Part shown: positions 50,086-57,812 of the stretch, in pieces
How the letters are laid out: each line of letters begins with the position of its first letter
Numbering within the stretch: position 1 is the stretch's first letter
Source: Chloroflexota bacterium
GTDB lineage: Bacteria; Chloroflexota; Anaerolineae; Promineifilales; Promineifilaceae
Direction of reading: 5' to 3'
Assembly: GCA_020629055.1 (NCBI GenBank)
Contig: JAHDEB010000006.1
Span: 11,612 to 75,611, forward strand
DNA: 64,000 bases
Translations under genes and position numbers: made by a program
Notes under the pieces: generated by a model
The model's input: only the letters and a program-made list of their open reading frames with translations
What the model was told of the DNA's origin: nothing
The model's database searches: none

Positions 50086-51423
50086 ATGATAGATATCCCC
50101 AAGCTTTTGCTGGCTCACGAACATCGTGTGGCATTAATATCCGGCCCCCAAAAAACTTCTTATAGTCAACTGTTTTCGTTGGTTGACCATAAAACTAAAT
50201 GGCTGAAAAGTAATCAAGTCGTCCCAGGTGGCGTTGTTGCCTTAAGAGGGGATTTTTCTACTGAATCGATATCAATTTTTTTGGCGTTGGTCAGTCAAAA
50301 GTTTGTTGTTGTACTGCTACCAACTGGGGATGTTGATCTTGAAGCGCTGCTGAATCAAGTTAAAGCCGATGTTTTTATCGATACAAGCTCAGGTGAACCA
50401 ACGGTTCTTCACAGAGAGAAGATGGGAGCGCATCATCACCTCATAGAAGATTTATTTTCTAAAGGTGAATCTGGGTTTGTTATTTTTTCATCTGGTAGTT
50501 CTGGGAAGCCCAAGCCGATATTGCATAGTCTAAAACGCTTTACCAGTAAGTACATGACCGCCGATAAACCATTTGTAACCCTAACCTTCCTGCTATTCGA
50601 CCACATCGCGGGCGTTGATACGCTCTTATACGTGCTGTTTAGCGGTGGTGCGCTCGTAACTCCTTCTGATAGAAAGCCCTTTGCAATATGCAAATTGGTA
50701 GAATCGGCCGGGGTTGAAGTCTTACCCGTTTCCCCTTCATTCTTAAATCTACTTTGGCTATCGGGCGACTATGAAACCCACTCTCTAGAAAGTGTGAAGA
50801 TCGTCACCTACGGTTCCGAGCCGATGACCCAGCAAAATCTAGACAATGTTCAGGTCATGTTCCCTAATGCGACCATTAAACAGAAGTATGGTACATCAGA
50901 ATTTGGCTCACCTGCATCAAAATCACGAGGCAATGGTGAGCTTTGGATCCGTTTAGATGGAGATCGCTTTCAAACAAAGGTTGTAGATGGCATTCTTTTC
51001 GTCAAATCTGAAACCTCGATGTTGGGCTATTTAGACGATTCTCAGCCGATATTGACCGATGGATGGTACAATACCGGTGATCGTGTAGAAACGGATGGTG
51101 AGTGGTTGCGCATCCTCGGCCGGAATTCTGATATGATCAATGTTGGTGGGGAAAAAGTGTTTCCCAGTGAGGTTGAAGCGGTAGTTCAGGCGGTTGAAGG
51201 CGTGATCGAATGCTCTGTTTATGGAGAATCGAATCCGATAACCGGGCAAATGGTTTGCGCTGCTGTTTATGCTCAGGATGGACTCGATCAAAAGTTATTA
51301 AAGAAAAAAATCAAGAAAAGTTGTCAACAATCTTTGGCGCGATATAAAGTACCGATCAAGATAAAATTTTCTGATAATCCTTTGACCAACCAAAGGCAGA
51401 AAAAAATTCGGAAGATGGGCTAG
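50086..51423 (+). CDS. AMP-forming acyl-CoA/acyl-ACP ligase (ANL superfamily)
   Basis: FSSGSSGKPKPILHS (intact P-loop), YGTSEFG, YNTGDRV and GRNSDMINVGGEKVFPSEVE. Confidence 0.8.
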   Translation: MIDIPKLLLAHEHRVALISGPQKTSYSQLFSLVDHKTKWLKSNQVVPGGVVALRGDFSTESISIFLALVSQKFVVVLLPTGDVDLEALLNQVKADVFIDTSSGEPTVLHREKMGAHHHLIEDLFSKGESGFVIFSSGSSGKPKPILHSLKRFTSKYMTADKPFVTLTFLLFDHIAGVDTLLYVLFSGGALVTPSDRKPFAICKLVESAGVEVLPVSPSFLNLLWLSGDYETHSLESVKIVTYGSEPMTQQNLDNVQVMFPNATIKQKYGTSEFGSPASKSRGNGELWIRLDGDRFQTKVVDGILFVKSETSMLGYLDDSQPILTDGWYNTGDRVETDGEWLRILGRNSDMINVGGEKVFPSEVEAVVQAVEGVIECSVYGESNPITGQMVCAAVYAQDGLDQKLLKKKIKKSCQQSLARYKVPIKIKFSDNPLTNQRQKKIRKMG

Positions 51424-51463
51424 TGTTTTGACAAATTTCTTTCGAGTCGTCAATCTATAAATA

Positions 51464-53083
51464 ATGATTACACCTTACAGTGAGCAAAATGAAGATGAGC
51501 GCCAATCGATAATCGGTTGGCTCTTTTTGGTTTTACTTGTTGGGTTCACGATTCGTTTTATCCAGTTAGATAGCTGGAGCATTTGGATTGAGGAAAATCA
51601 TTTGATGCGAGATGTGCAGCGCTACATGACCTCGTTTTCGGATATTTTTGGTAATCCACGGCCGTTGTATTATTTGCTCGTCCTACCCGTCTTCGAGCTT
51701 TTTGGCGTGAGCTTGGCCTATGCCCGAGCGGTTTCTGCAATTATCGGTGCGGTTAGCTTGCCGATATTCTATTATTTTGTTCGTCAAGCGATCAACGGCC
51801 GTACCGCCCTAATCGGAACCTTGCTTCTGGCCCTATCACCTTGGCATTTATTTTGGTCTCAAAACGCCCGCTTCTACACACTCCTCCTTCTCTTCTTTTG
51901 CCTTTCCTATGTCTTTTATTATTTGGCACTTGAAAAAGGGTATTTTCTTTATACGATTTTAGCGGTTGGCTTTCTAGGAGCGGCCGTACTTTCCCACTCC
52001 ATCGGGGCGGTTTTAGTGCCTCTGTTTTTTGTGCATTACATTGTTTTAAAGATAGCCCCAGGCAGTAAGCCTTCAGGCCTGAGGCTTATAACAGTTTTGC
52101 CTTATCTCGTCTTGCCCATCGTTGGCTACATCGCTTATGAGCTTCTTCGAGTGTTTGTGCTAGACACCAATTTGTTTATTGTTGATTTCTACAACAAGTT
52201 TGTCAGTAGCGACACCGCCTCGTTTATCGGATATTCAAATCAACCTCTCGTCATGTTGACATCTGTGTTGTACAACGTTGGTTATCCGTTGGGTATTTTG
52301 GCCGCTTACGGAGCTTTTGATCTAACCTTTGCGCAACGAAAACGACTGGGCATATTTTTAGTTCTTGGCGCATTTGGTCCCCTGTTGATCATGATGTTTT
52401 TGACATTGTTTGTCGAAAGCACTACCAATCGCTATGTTTTTATGTCGTTGCCATTTTGGATGGTGCTTGCTGCATCAGGCGTTCGGCGAGTAATTGCTCT
52501 TGAAAATAATGTGATCGGCGTTTTGCTGCTGGTTCTAATCGGCCTGTCATTTGTGATAGATCCACTGATCGCGGATTTATTCTACTACTCAGTAAGATCT
52601 GCTTTGCTGCGTGTTTCGTTGCTTTCGGTTGTTTTGGCGTTCTTTGTTTATATGCTTTATAGCTCGGCTGAAATCAAGCGTTCAGCGGTCGGGTATCTAC
52701 TGTTGTTTATCTTGTGCATTCATCCATTAATTGCAAGCGTCTTGTATTTTACGAGCCAACATGGACATCGTGATAATTGGCAGGGGGCTGTTGCTACGAT
52801 TCGCCAGCAAGCTGGACCGGATGATGAAGTTGTGACCCATCCATTCCCAGTCGGCCGATATTATTTAGGGCCAGAAGTTGCTTGGATAGAAGCTTTAGAA
52901 GAACAGCCAGAACGCTTTGAAGGGAAAACGGTCTGGCTGATTGAAGAATTTGGTATTCAGCTGTATTTTGGCGACACCATGACCCAATGGATGAAAGAGT
53001 CAAATTGCCAAGAAGTTGGTGACTGGTCTAATTACGTAGCGGGCAATCGTTGGGTCATGAAGCTGCATAAATGCTCCCCATAA
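51464..53083 (+). CDS. GT-C fold membrane glycosyltransferase (GT39/83, PMT/ArnT-like) with a C-terminal soluble domain
   Basis: The first helix is followed by RFIQLDSWSIWIEENH. More than 10 TM segments, then a C-terminal globular part of about 100 aa. Confidence 0.65.
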   Translation: MITPYSEQNEDERQSIIGWLFLVLLVGFTIRFIQLDSWSIWIEENHLMRDVQRYMTSFSDIFGNPRPLYYLLVLPVFELFGVSLAYARAVSAIIGAVSLPIFYYFVRQAINGRTALIGTLLLALSPWHLFWSQNARFYTLLLLFFCLSYVFYYLALEKGYFLYTILAVGFLGAAVLSHSIGAVLVPLFFVHYIVLKIAPGSKPSGLRLITVLPYLVLPIVGYIAYELLRVFVLDTNLFIVDFYNKFVSSDTASFIGYSNQPLVMLTSVLYNVGYPLGILAAYGAFDLTFAQRKRLGIFLVLGAFGPLLIMMFLTLFVESTTNRYVFMSLPFWMVLAASGVRRVIALENNVIGVLLLVLIGLSFVIDPLIADLFYYSVRSALLRVSLLSVVLAFFVYMLYSSAEIKRSAVGYLLLFILCIHPLIASVLYFTSQHGHRDNWQGAVATIRQQAGPDDEVVTHPFPVGRYYLGPEVAWIEALEEQPERFEGKTVWLIEEFGIQLYFGDTMTQWMKESNCQEVGDWSNYVAGNRWVMKLHKCSP

Positions 53084-53095
53084 TTTCAATCCTGA

Positions 53096-53497
53096 CTAAG
53101 ATCTTCGTTTTTCAGGGCTCAAGCCTTCAACCGGCCAATTGTTATCAGTTAATGCGATTCCGTGAAATAATTCGCGGAAGTCGGTCGATAGATTGATATA
53201 TTCTCCCTTTTCGCGACGCGGCCCGAATTCTGCCTTTAACGCATCCATCAAAATATTTGCTACTTGTTCTTTAACCGCTTGCGGCCGGCCTTCGCGTAAA
53301 ACGGCCGTGATATTAACCATCTTGTAAGCGGGGTTGCCTTCAGCCATATGATATTCGGTTAGCTTTATCGCTCGGCTTTTTAACCCTTTATAGCGAATGG
53401 AGTCTACTTTCTCTACGAGATCATGGTGTAGGGTTTCTAAGAATGGGATCGGGTCAAAGTCTAGGTTGTCTGTGTATTCGAGAATTATATTGGGCAT
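53096..53497 (-). CDS. 5-carboxymethyl-2-hydroxymuconate isomerase (CHMI)/tautomerase-like protein
   Basis: 133 aa. N-terminus MPNIILEYTDNL with Pro-1 after Met, characteristic of the CHMI family. Confidence 0.6.
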   Translation of the reverse strand: MPNIILEYTDNLDFDPIPFLETLHHDLVEKVDSIRYKGLKSRAIKLTEYHMAEGNPAYKMVNITAVLREGRPQAVKEQVANILMDALKAEFGPRREKGEYINLSTDFRELFHGIALTDNNWPVEGLSPEKRRS

Positions 53498-53638
53498 AAG
53501 ATTCTTTTTGAAGCTCTTGATAGATTTGGTTGAGATTGTTTTTAGTTTTTGAACAAATTTATTTTAGCCTATTTTGTTTTAACCCCCACACTTTGATTTT
53601 CACCTGCCTAATTTAATACCTTTGCGTAAAATTGTCCC

Positions 53639-55171
53639 ATGACAACAAAAAGAAACCGCTCGCGCAAACGTAGGTCAACATCAGATAAGCCAAAATGGCT
53701 ACAAAAGCCATTTCAGATATTGCAAAACCCAATCGAGCCAACCGCTTGGTGCTCGGCCGAACAGCTGGACAAAATTCATGATGCAAGCATGCGCATTTTA
53801 GAGAATGTAGGCATCGACTTTATGGACGAGGAAGCGCTGGATGCATGGGAAAAAGCAGGTGCAAAAGTAGATCGATCCAGCCAGCATGTATGGATCGATC
53901 GAGGGTTGTTGATGGAGCTGGTTGAACAAGCACCGTCTCAATTTACTTGGCATGCGCGAAATCGAGCTTGTGACCTAACAATCGGTGGCAACTTTATAAA
54001 TTTCGCCCCGAACTCCGGAATGCCCTACGTTAGCGACCTTGACGGTGGACGGCGAGTCTCGACCCTGCAAGACTTTGAAAACTTTATCAAGATGGCCCAC
54101 ACCATTCCGTATTTCCATTTTACCGGTGGCCCTTTGTGTGAACCGCAAGACATACGGAACTCTTTGCGGCATTTGTATCGTATTCGGACGATGATGATGA
54201 ATACAGATCGGGCGGTACGAGATACCGCAAGCGGCCGCACTATTTCGGCCGATACGGTCGAGATGATGAAGATCGCTTTTGGTGGTGAGCTTCCGGGTGT
54301 TGTCACCGGTGGTGTGGTCAATGTAAATAGCCCTCTGAGGTTTGATAACCGAATGTTGGGCGGGTTAATCACCTATGCCAAAGCTGGGCAAGCTTCGATT
54401 ATCACACCATTTATCATGGCTGGGGCGATGAGCCCTGTCACAATCGCATCTGCCCTTGCACAACAAAATGCTGAAGCGCTGGCCGGTGTTGGGCTGGCTC
54501 AATTGATCAAACCCGGTGCACCAGTCATTTATGGTGGATTTACCCAGAATGTTGATATGCGCTCAGGATCTCCTGCATTTGGCGGGCCAGAAGGAGCATG
54601 GGCACTTATTGTCGGTGCTCAGCTTGCGCGTCGCTATGGCGTACCCTACCGGGCAAGCGGTAGTTTGACCAATTCAAAAGTGCCTGATGCCCAGGCAGCC
54701 TATGAAACGATGTGGACCATGTGGCCTGCGATCATGGCGCATACCAACTTAATGATGCATGCAGTGGGTTGGTTAGAAGGTGGGTTGGTCGCGAGCTATG
54801 AAAAATTTATGATCGATGCGGAAAACTTGGCCATGTTTTCGCATATGCTGGGGAATTTTGAAGTTGATGAGGCGGCATTTGCCATCGACTCAATCGCTCA
54901 AGTTGGGTCTGGCGGACATCACTTTGGGACGCAGCATACTCAAGATCGCTACGAAACCGCCTTTTATGAGCCACTGTTGACTGACAGATTGGGATTTGAC
55001 GCGTGGGAAGCAGCCGGCAGTGAAGATGCGTTGCAACGTGCCAATAAACACTGGAAACAGATCTTGCGTGCTCATGAAAAACCCGCTCTAGATGTCGCTA
55101 TCGTTGAAGAGCTTGAGGCATTTGTTGCACGACGTGAGGAAGAGCTAGAAGGGGTCGATTTATTTAATTGA
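53639..55171 (+). CDS. MttB-superfamily (trimethylamine methyltransferase-like) protein, non-pyrrolysine type; probable quaternary-amine:corrinoid methyltransferase
   Basis: 510 aa with an uninterrupted frame (no in-frame TAG). Basic N-terminus RNRSRKRR. Conserved blocks ILENVGIDF, NVNSPLRFD, ITPFIMAGAMSPVT and GGFTQNVDMRSG. Confidence 0.75.
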   Translation: MTTKRNRSRKRRSTSDKPKWLQKPFQILQNPIEPTAWCSAEQLDKIHDASMRILENVGIDFMDEEALDAWEKAGAKVDRSSQHVWIDRGLLMELVEQAPSQFTWHARNRACDLTIGGNFINFAPNSGMPYVSDLDGGRRVSTLQDFENFIKMAHTIPYFHFTGGPLCEPQDIRNSLRHLYRIRTMMMNTDRAVRDTASGRTISADTVEMMKIAFGGELPGVVTGGVVNVNSPLRFDNRMLGGLITYAKAGQASIITPFIMAGAMSPVTIASALAQQNAEALAGVGLAQLIKPGAPVIYGGFTQNVDMRSGSPAFGGPEGAWALIVGAQLARRYGVPYRASGSLTNSKVPDAQAAYETMWTMWPAIMAHTNLMMHAVGWLEGGLVASYEKFMIDAENLAMFSHMLGNFEVDEAAFAIDSIAQVGSGGHHFGTQHTQDRYETAFYEPLLTDRLGFDAWEAAGSEDALQRANKHWKQILRAHEKPALDVAIVEELEAFVARREEELEGVDLFN

Positions 55172-55316
55172 TAGTTCTAGGGACAATTTGTCTGTTATTT
55201 CAGAAATTCGAGCTTTCGTTTACGGTGGAAATCTACTGCATCCATTGGTCCTGTATGGGGTAGAATATTGTCCTTTTTTTTACTGTTTGTCTAAAAGGAT
55301 TTGATATGATTGTGGG

Positions 55317-56933
55317 ATGAGTTCTTCATCTCTTAAAGACTATCTCTCTTTTTCAACATCAGAAAAGAAAATAGATCAATTTTTGCGATATGCGATGCCG
55401 TCACTTGCAATCCTCTCTTTGTTGGGGTTTGGCTACTTTTTTTGGATCCTTATCACGATAACGAATCAATATGCTCAAGAGATCGCTTTGCGAGATGCTA
55501 TTCGCTTTCATAATGCAGTGAACTTGTTCAGAGATTACTACAGCACGCGTGTTGTCGCGAATCTGCAAGAGGCCGATGTTGAATTTACCCACGATTATCA
55601 CGAAAAAAATAACGCGATCCCTTTGCCGGCAACTTTGACGCGTGAATTAGGCACGAGTCTCTCGAATTCGGCCGCAACGTCGATGAATTTTTATAGTGAC
55701 TACCCGTTCCCTTGGCGCGAATTTTCGGAAGAATTAGATCAAGATAAATTTTTAGCTGAAGCGCTGATCTATCTGCGGCAAAACCCAGACACGGTTTATT
55801 ATCGAACAGAGTTTGATGAAGAATCAGGGCAGTCGGTTTTACGTTATGCGACCCCAAGTATTATGAAAGGGAGTTGTGTTGATTGTCATAACTCGCATCC
55901 AGATTCACCCAAAAAAGATTGGCAGATCGGGGATGTACGAGGGGTTCTTGAAGTTTCTGTGCCGGTCACCTATGTGCCCTTTGTGGAAAATATCTCATCC
56001 GGCTCGAACCTGCTTATTTCGGGTGTTTTGTTACTTCTTAGTGCTCTTGGCCTGTCTGCGGCCGGTTTTTATTATCGCAGCTTTAGTTTGAAAGCGATCG
56101 AATTAAGATCAAAAATGTTGGAAGATGAAGTGATCGAGCGTAAGTCGGCCGAAAAACGATATCGTGCTGCAACGCTTGAGGCTCAAAATGCGAATAAGGC
56201 GAAGAGCAATTTCCTTGCCACCATGAGCCATGAATTGCGCACCCCGCTCAATGCGATCATCGGCTATAGCGAACTTCTTGAGGAAGAGGCGATTGATGAA
56301 AATGATTTCGGGAAAAAAGAAGATCTAGAACGGATTACAAGATCCGGCCGCCACCTGCTCACTTTAATCAATGACATTCTTGATCTTTCAAAAATTGAAG
56401 CTGGAAAATTAGACGTTTACCCAAAGAGCATCGAGGTTTCAGGCATTGTGAAATATGTCAATGATATCGCCAGCATATTATTTGCTGATGGTCTGATTGA
56501 TTTTCAAATCGATGTTGGCGATGCTGTCATTTCAGTCTACTCGGATGAGACCCGCCTTAAACAAATTATTTTTAACCTTTTAAGTAATGCATCTAAATTT
56601 ACCGAACAAGGTTCGGTTGTTTTGCGAATCGACATCATTAAACGTGGATTCCGAAGATTTGTCATGTTCGAGATTGCCGACACCGGAATCGGTATTTCAG
56701 ATTCAGATCTAGAAGAACTATTCACACCATTTGTTCAGGGAGACTCCGACATAGATCGAAAATATGCTGGATCTGGGCTCGGTATGGCGATTACTAAAAA
56801 TTTGGTTGAGCTGCTTTCTGGGGAGATTCAAGTTTTGAGCGATGTGGGCAAAGGGAGCACATTTACAGTTTTGCTCCCTTATCAGGAAGACGATTATGAA
56901 TTGCTGCCAGATATAGCCGAGCTTGCTTTTTGA
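55317..56933 (+). CDS. Sensor histidine kinase with an extracytoplasmic CxxCH-containing (DUF3365/Tll0287-like) sensor domain
   Basis: TM1, then a sensor domain with SCVDCHNSH...GDVRGVLEVSVP, then TM2 and a coiled coil. H-box MSHELRTPLNAI. N, G1 and G2 boxes (LLSNASKFT, DTGIGI, GSGLGMAI). Confidence 0.8.
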   Translation: MSSSSLKDYLSFSTSEKKIDQFLRYAMPSLAILSLLGFGYFFWILITITNQYAQEIALRDAIRFHNAVNLFRDYYSTRVVANLQEADVEFTHDYHEKNNAIPLPATLTRELGTSLSNSAATSMNFYSDYPFPWREFSEELDQDKFLAEALIYLRQNPDTVYYRTEFDEESGQSVLRYATPSIMKGSCVDCHNSHPDSPKKDWQIGDVRGVLEVSVPVTYVPFVENISSGSNLLISGVLLLLSALGLSAAGFYYRSFSLKAIELRSKMLEDEVIERKSAEKRYRAATLEAQNANKAKSNFLATMSHELRTPLNAIIGYSELLEEEAIDENDFGKKEDLERITRSGRHLLTLINDILDLSKIEAGKLDVYPKSIEVSGIVKYVNDIASILFADGLIDFQIDVGDAVISVYSDETRLKQIIFNLLSNASKFTEQGSVVLRIDIIKRGFRRFVMFEIADTGIGISDSDLEELFTPFVQGDSDIDRKYAGSGLGMAITKNLVELLSGEIQVLSDVGKGSTFTVLLPYQEDDYELLPDIAELAF

Positions 56934-57047
56934 TGACAGCCATCAAGCCTCTAAAAATCACCAGATATTAAAGCGAGATTGATTTTGCAAAATAGATTCT
57001 CTGAATAGGGTAGCTGCTATGTTCTCGTTTTCAGATAAAATAAAAGG

Positions 57048-57773
57048 GTGACATTCTACAAATTTAGCTCTTTCGGCGTACAACAGCGAATAGATAAGAG
57101 AATTTTCCTGAGCGCTTGCCTGCTTGGCTTTGGCGTGCTGAATTTGTTTTACTTTGTCCTTTACCGCTTTTTTGGATTAAAGTGGTTTATTGTAGTCGGC
57201 CTGATTGCAGTGTTTTGGGCCGCTGTTGAGCATTTCAGTTATGTTTTTCGGCAAAAAGAGCTTGAGCGGGTAGCTGAATACACCATCGCCTTTTCACCCC
57301 AAAAAATAAGCCTATCAACGTTGAATAAACCTATTGTCGTCTTAGAACGTGAGAATGTTCGAAAAATATTGAGGACAAAGCAGGGGCTCATTGTTCGAGA
57401 GTCATTGTTTCGATACGACAAAATCTTTGTGCCAAACACGATCGAGAATTTTGAAATGTTGGAGCTGAAGTTAGGTCAATGGCAACCGATTGTTGATCGG
57501 CAAAATTTCGATCGATTTTCTGCTATCGCCCAAACTAGCTTGGCTGCGTCCCTTGTCGCGTGGTGCGCCTTTGTTTTTCAATTTTCTTTGCCGCTGATGA
57601 TCGCCTTTCCTTTAATTTCTCTTGGCCTTGCTGGGATTGCTTATTTTGGAACTATTTTGGGATTTAAACTTGCACCTGCAGAAAATAATTCAGGCGTTTA
57701 TTTGCTAGCAACCGTTACTATGATTGTTTTGAATGGGGGTGTTCTGGCAGCGGCTTTAATCAACTGGTATTGA
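57048..57773 (+). CDS. Hypothetical membrane protein (2 N-terminal and about 3 C-terminal TM helices around a small soluble domain)
   Basis: An ORF with a clear hydrophobic-helix pattern. GTG start. No family recognised. Confidence 0.4.
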   Translation: MTFYKFSSFGVQQRIDKRIFLSACLLGFGVLNLFYFVLYRFFGLKWFIVVGLIAVFWAAVEHFSYVFRQKELERVAEYTIAFSPQKISLSTLNKPIVVLERENVRKILRTKQGLIVRESLFRYDKIFVPNTIENFEMLELKLGQWQPIVDRQNFDRFSAIAQTSLAASLVAWCAFVFQFSLPLMIAFPLISLGLAGIAYFGTILGFKLAPAENNSGVYLLATVTMIVLNGGVLAAALINWY

Positions 57774-57795
57774 TTGGGAAAATATGTTCTAAATT

Positions 57796-57804
57796 TGATA
57801 TAAT
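57796..57804 (+). promoter_or_regulatory. Candidate extended -10 promoter element (TGaTATAAT) immediately upstream of the SNF2 gene; would give a near-leaderless mRNA
   Basis: TG at 57796-57797 and TATAAT at 57799-57804. The ATG is at 57813. Confidence 0.3.
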
Positions 57805-57812
57805 TTTCGCTT

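Noticed and set aside
53639-55171. In-frame amber (pyrrolysine) codon in the MttB homolog
   Set aside because: The reading frame is continuous for 510 codons with no internal TAG, so this is a non-Pyl family member.
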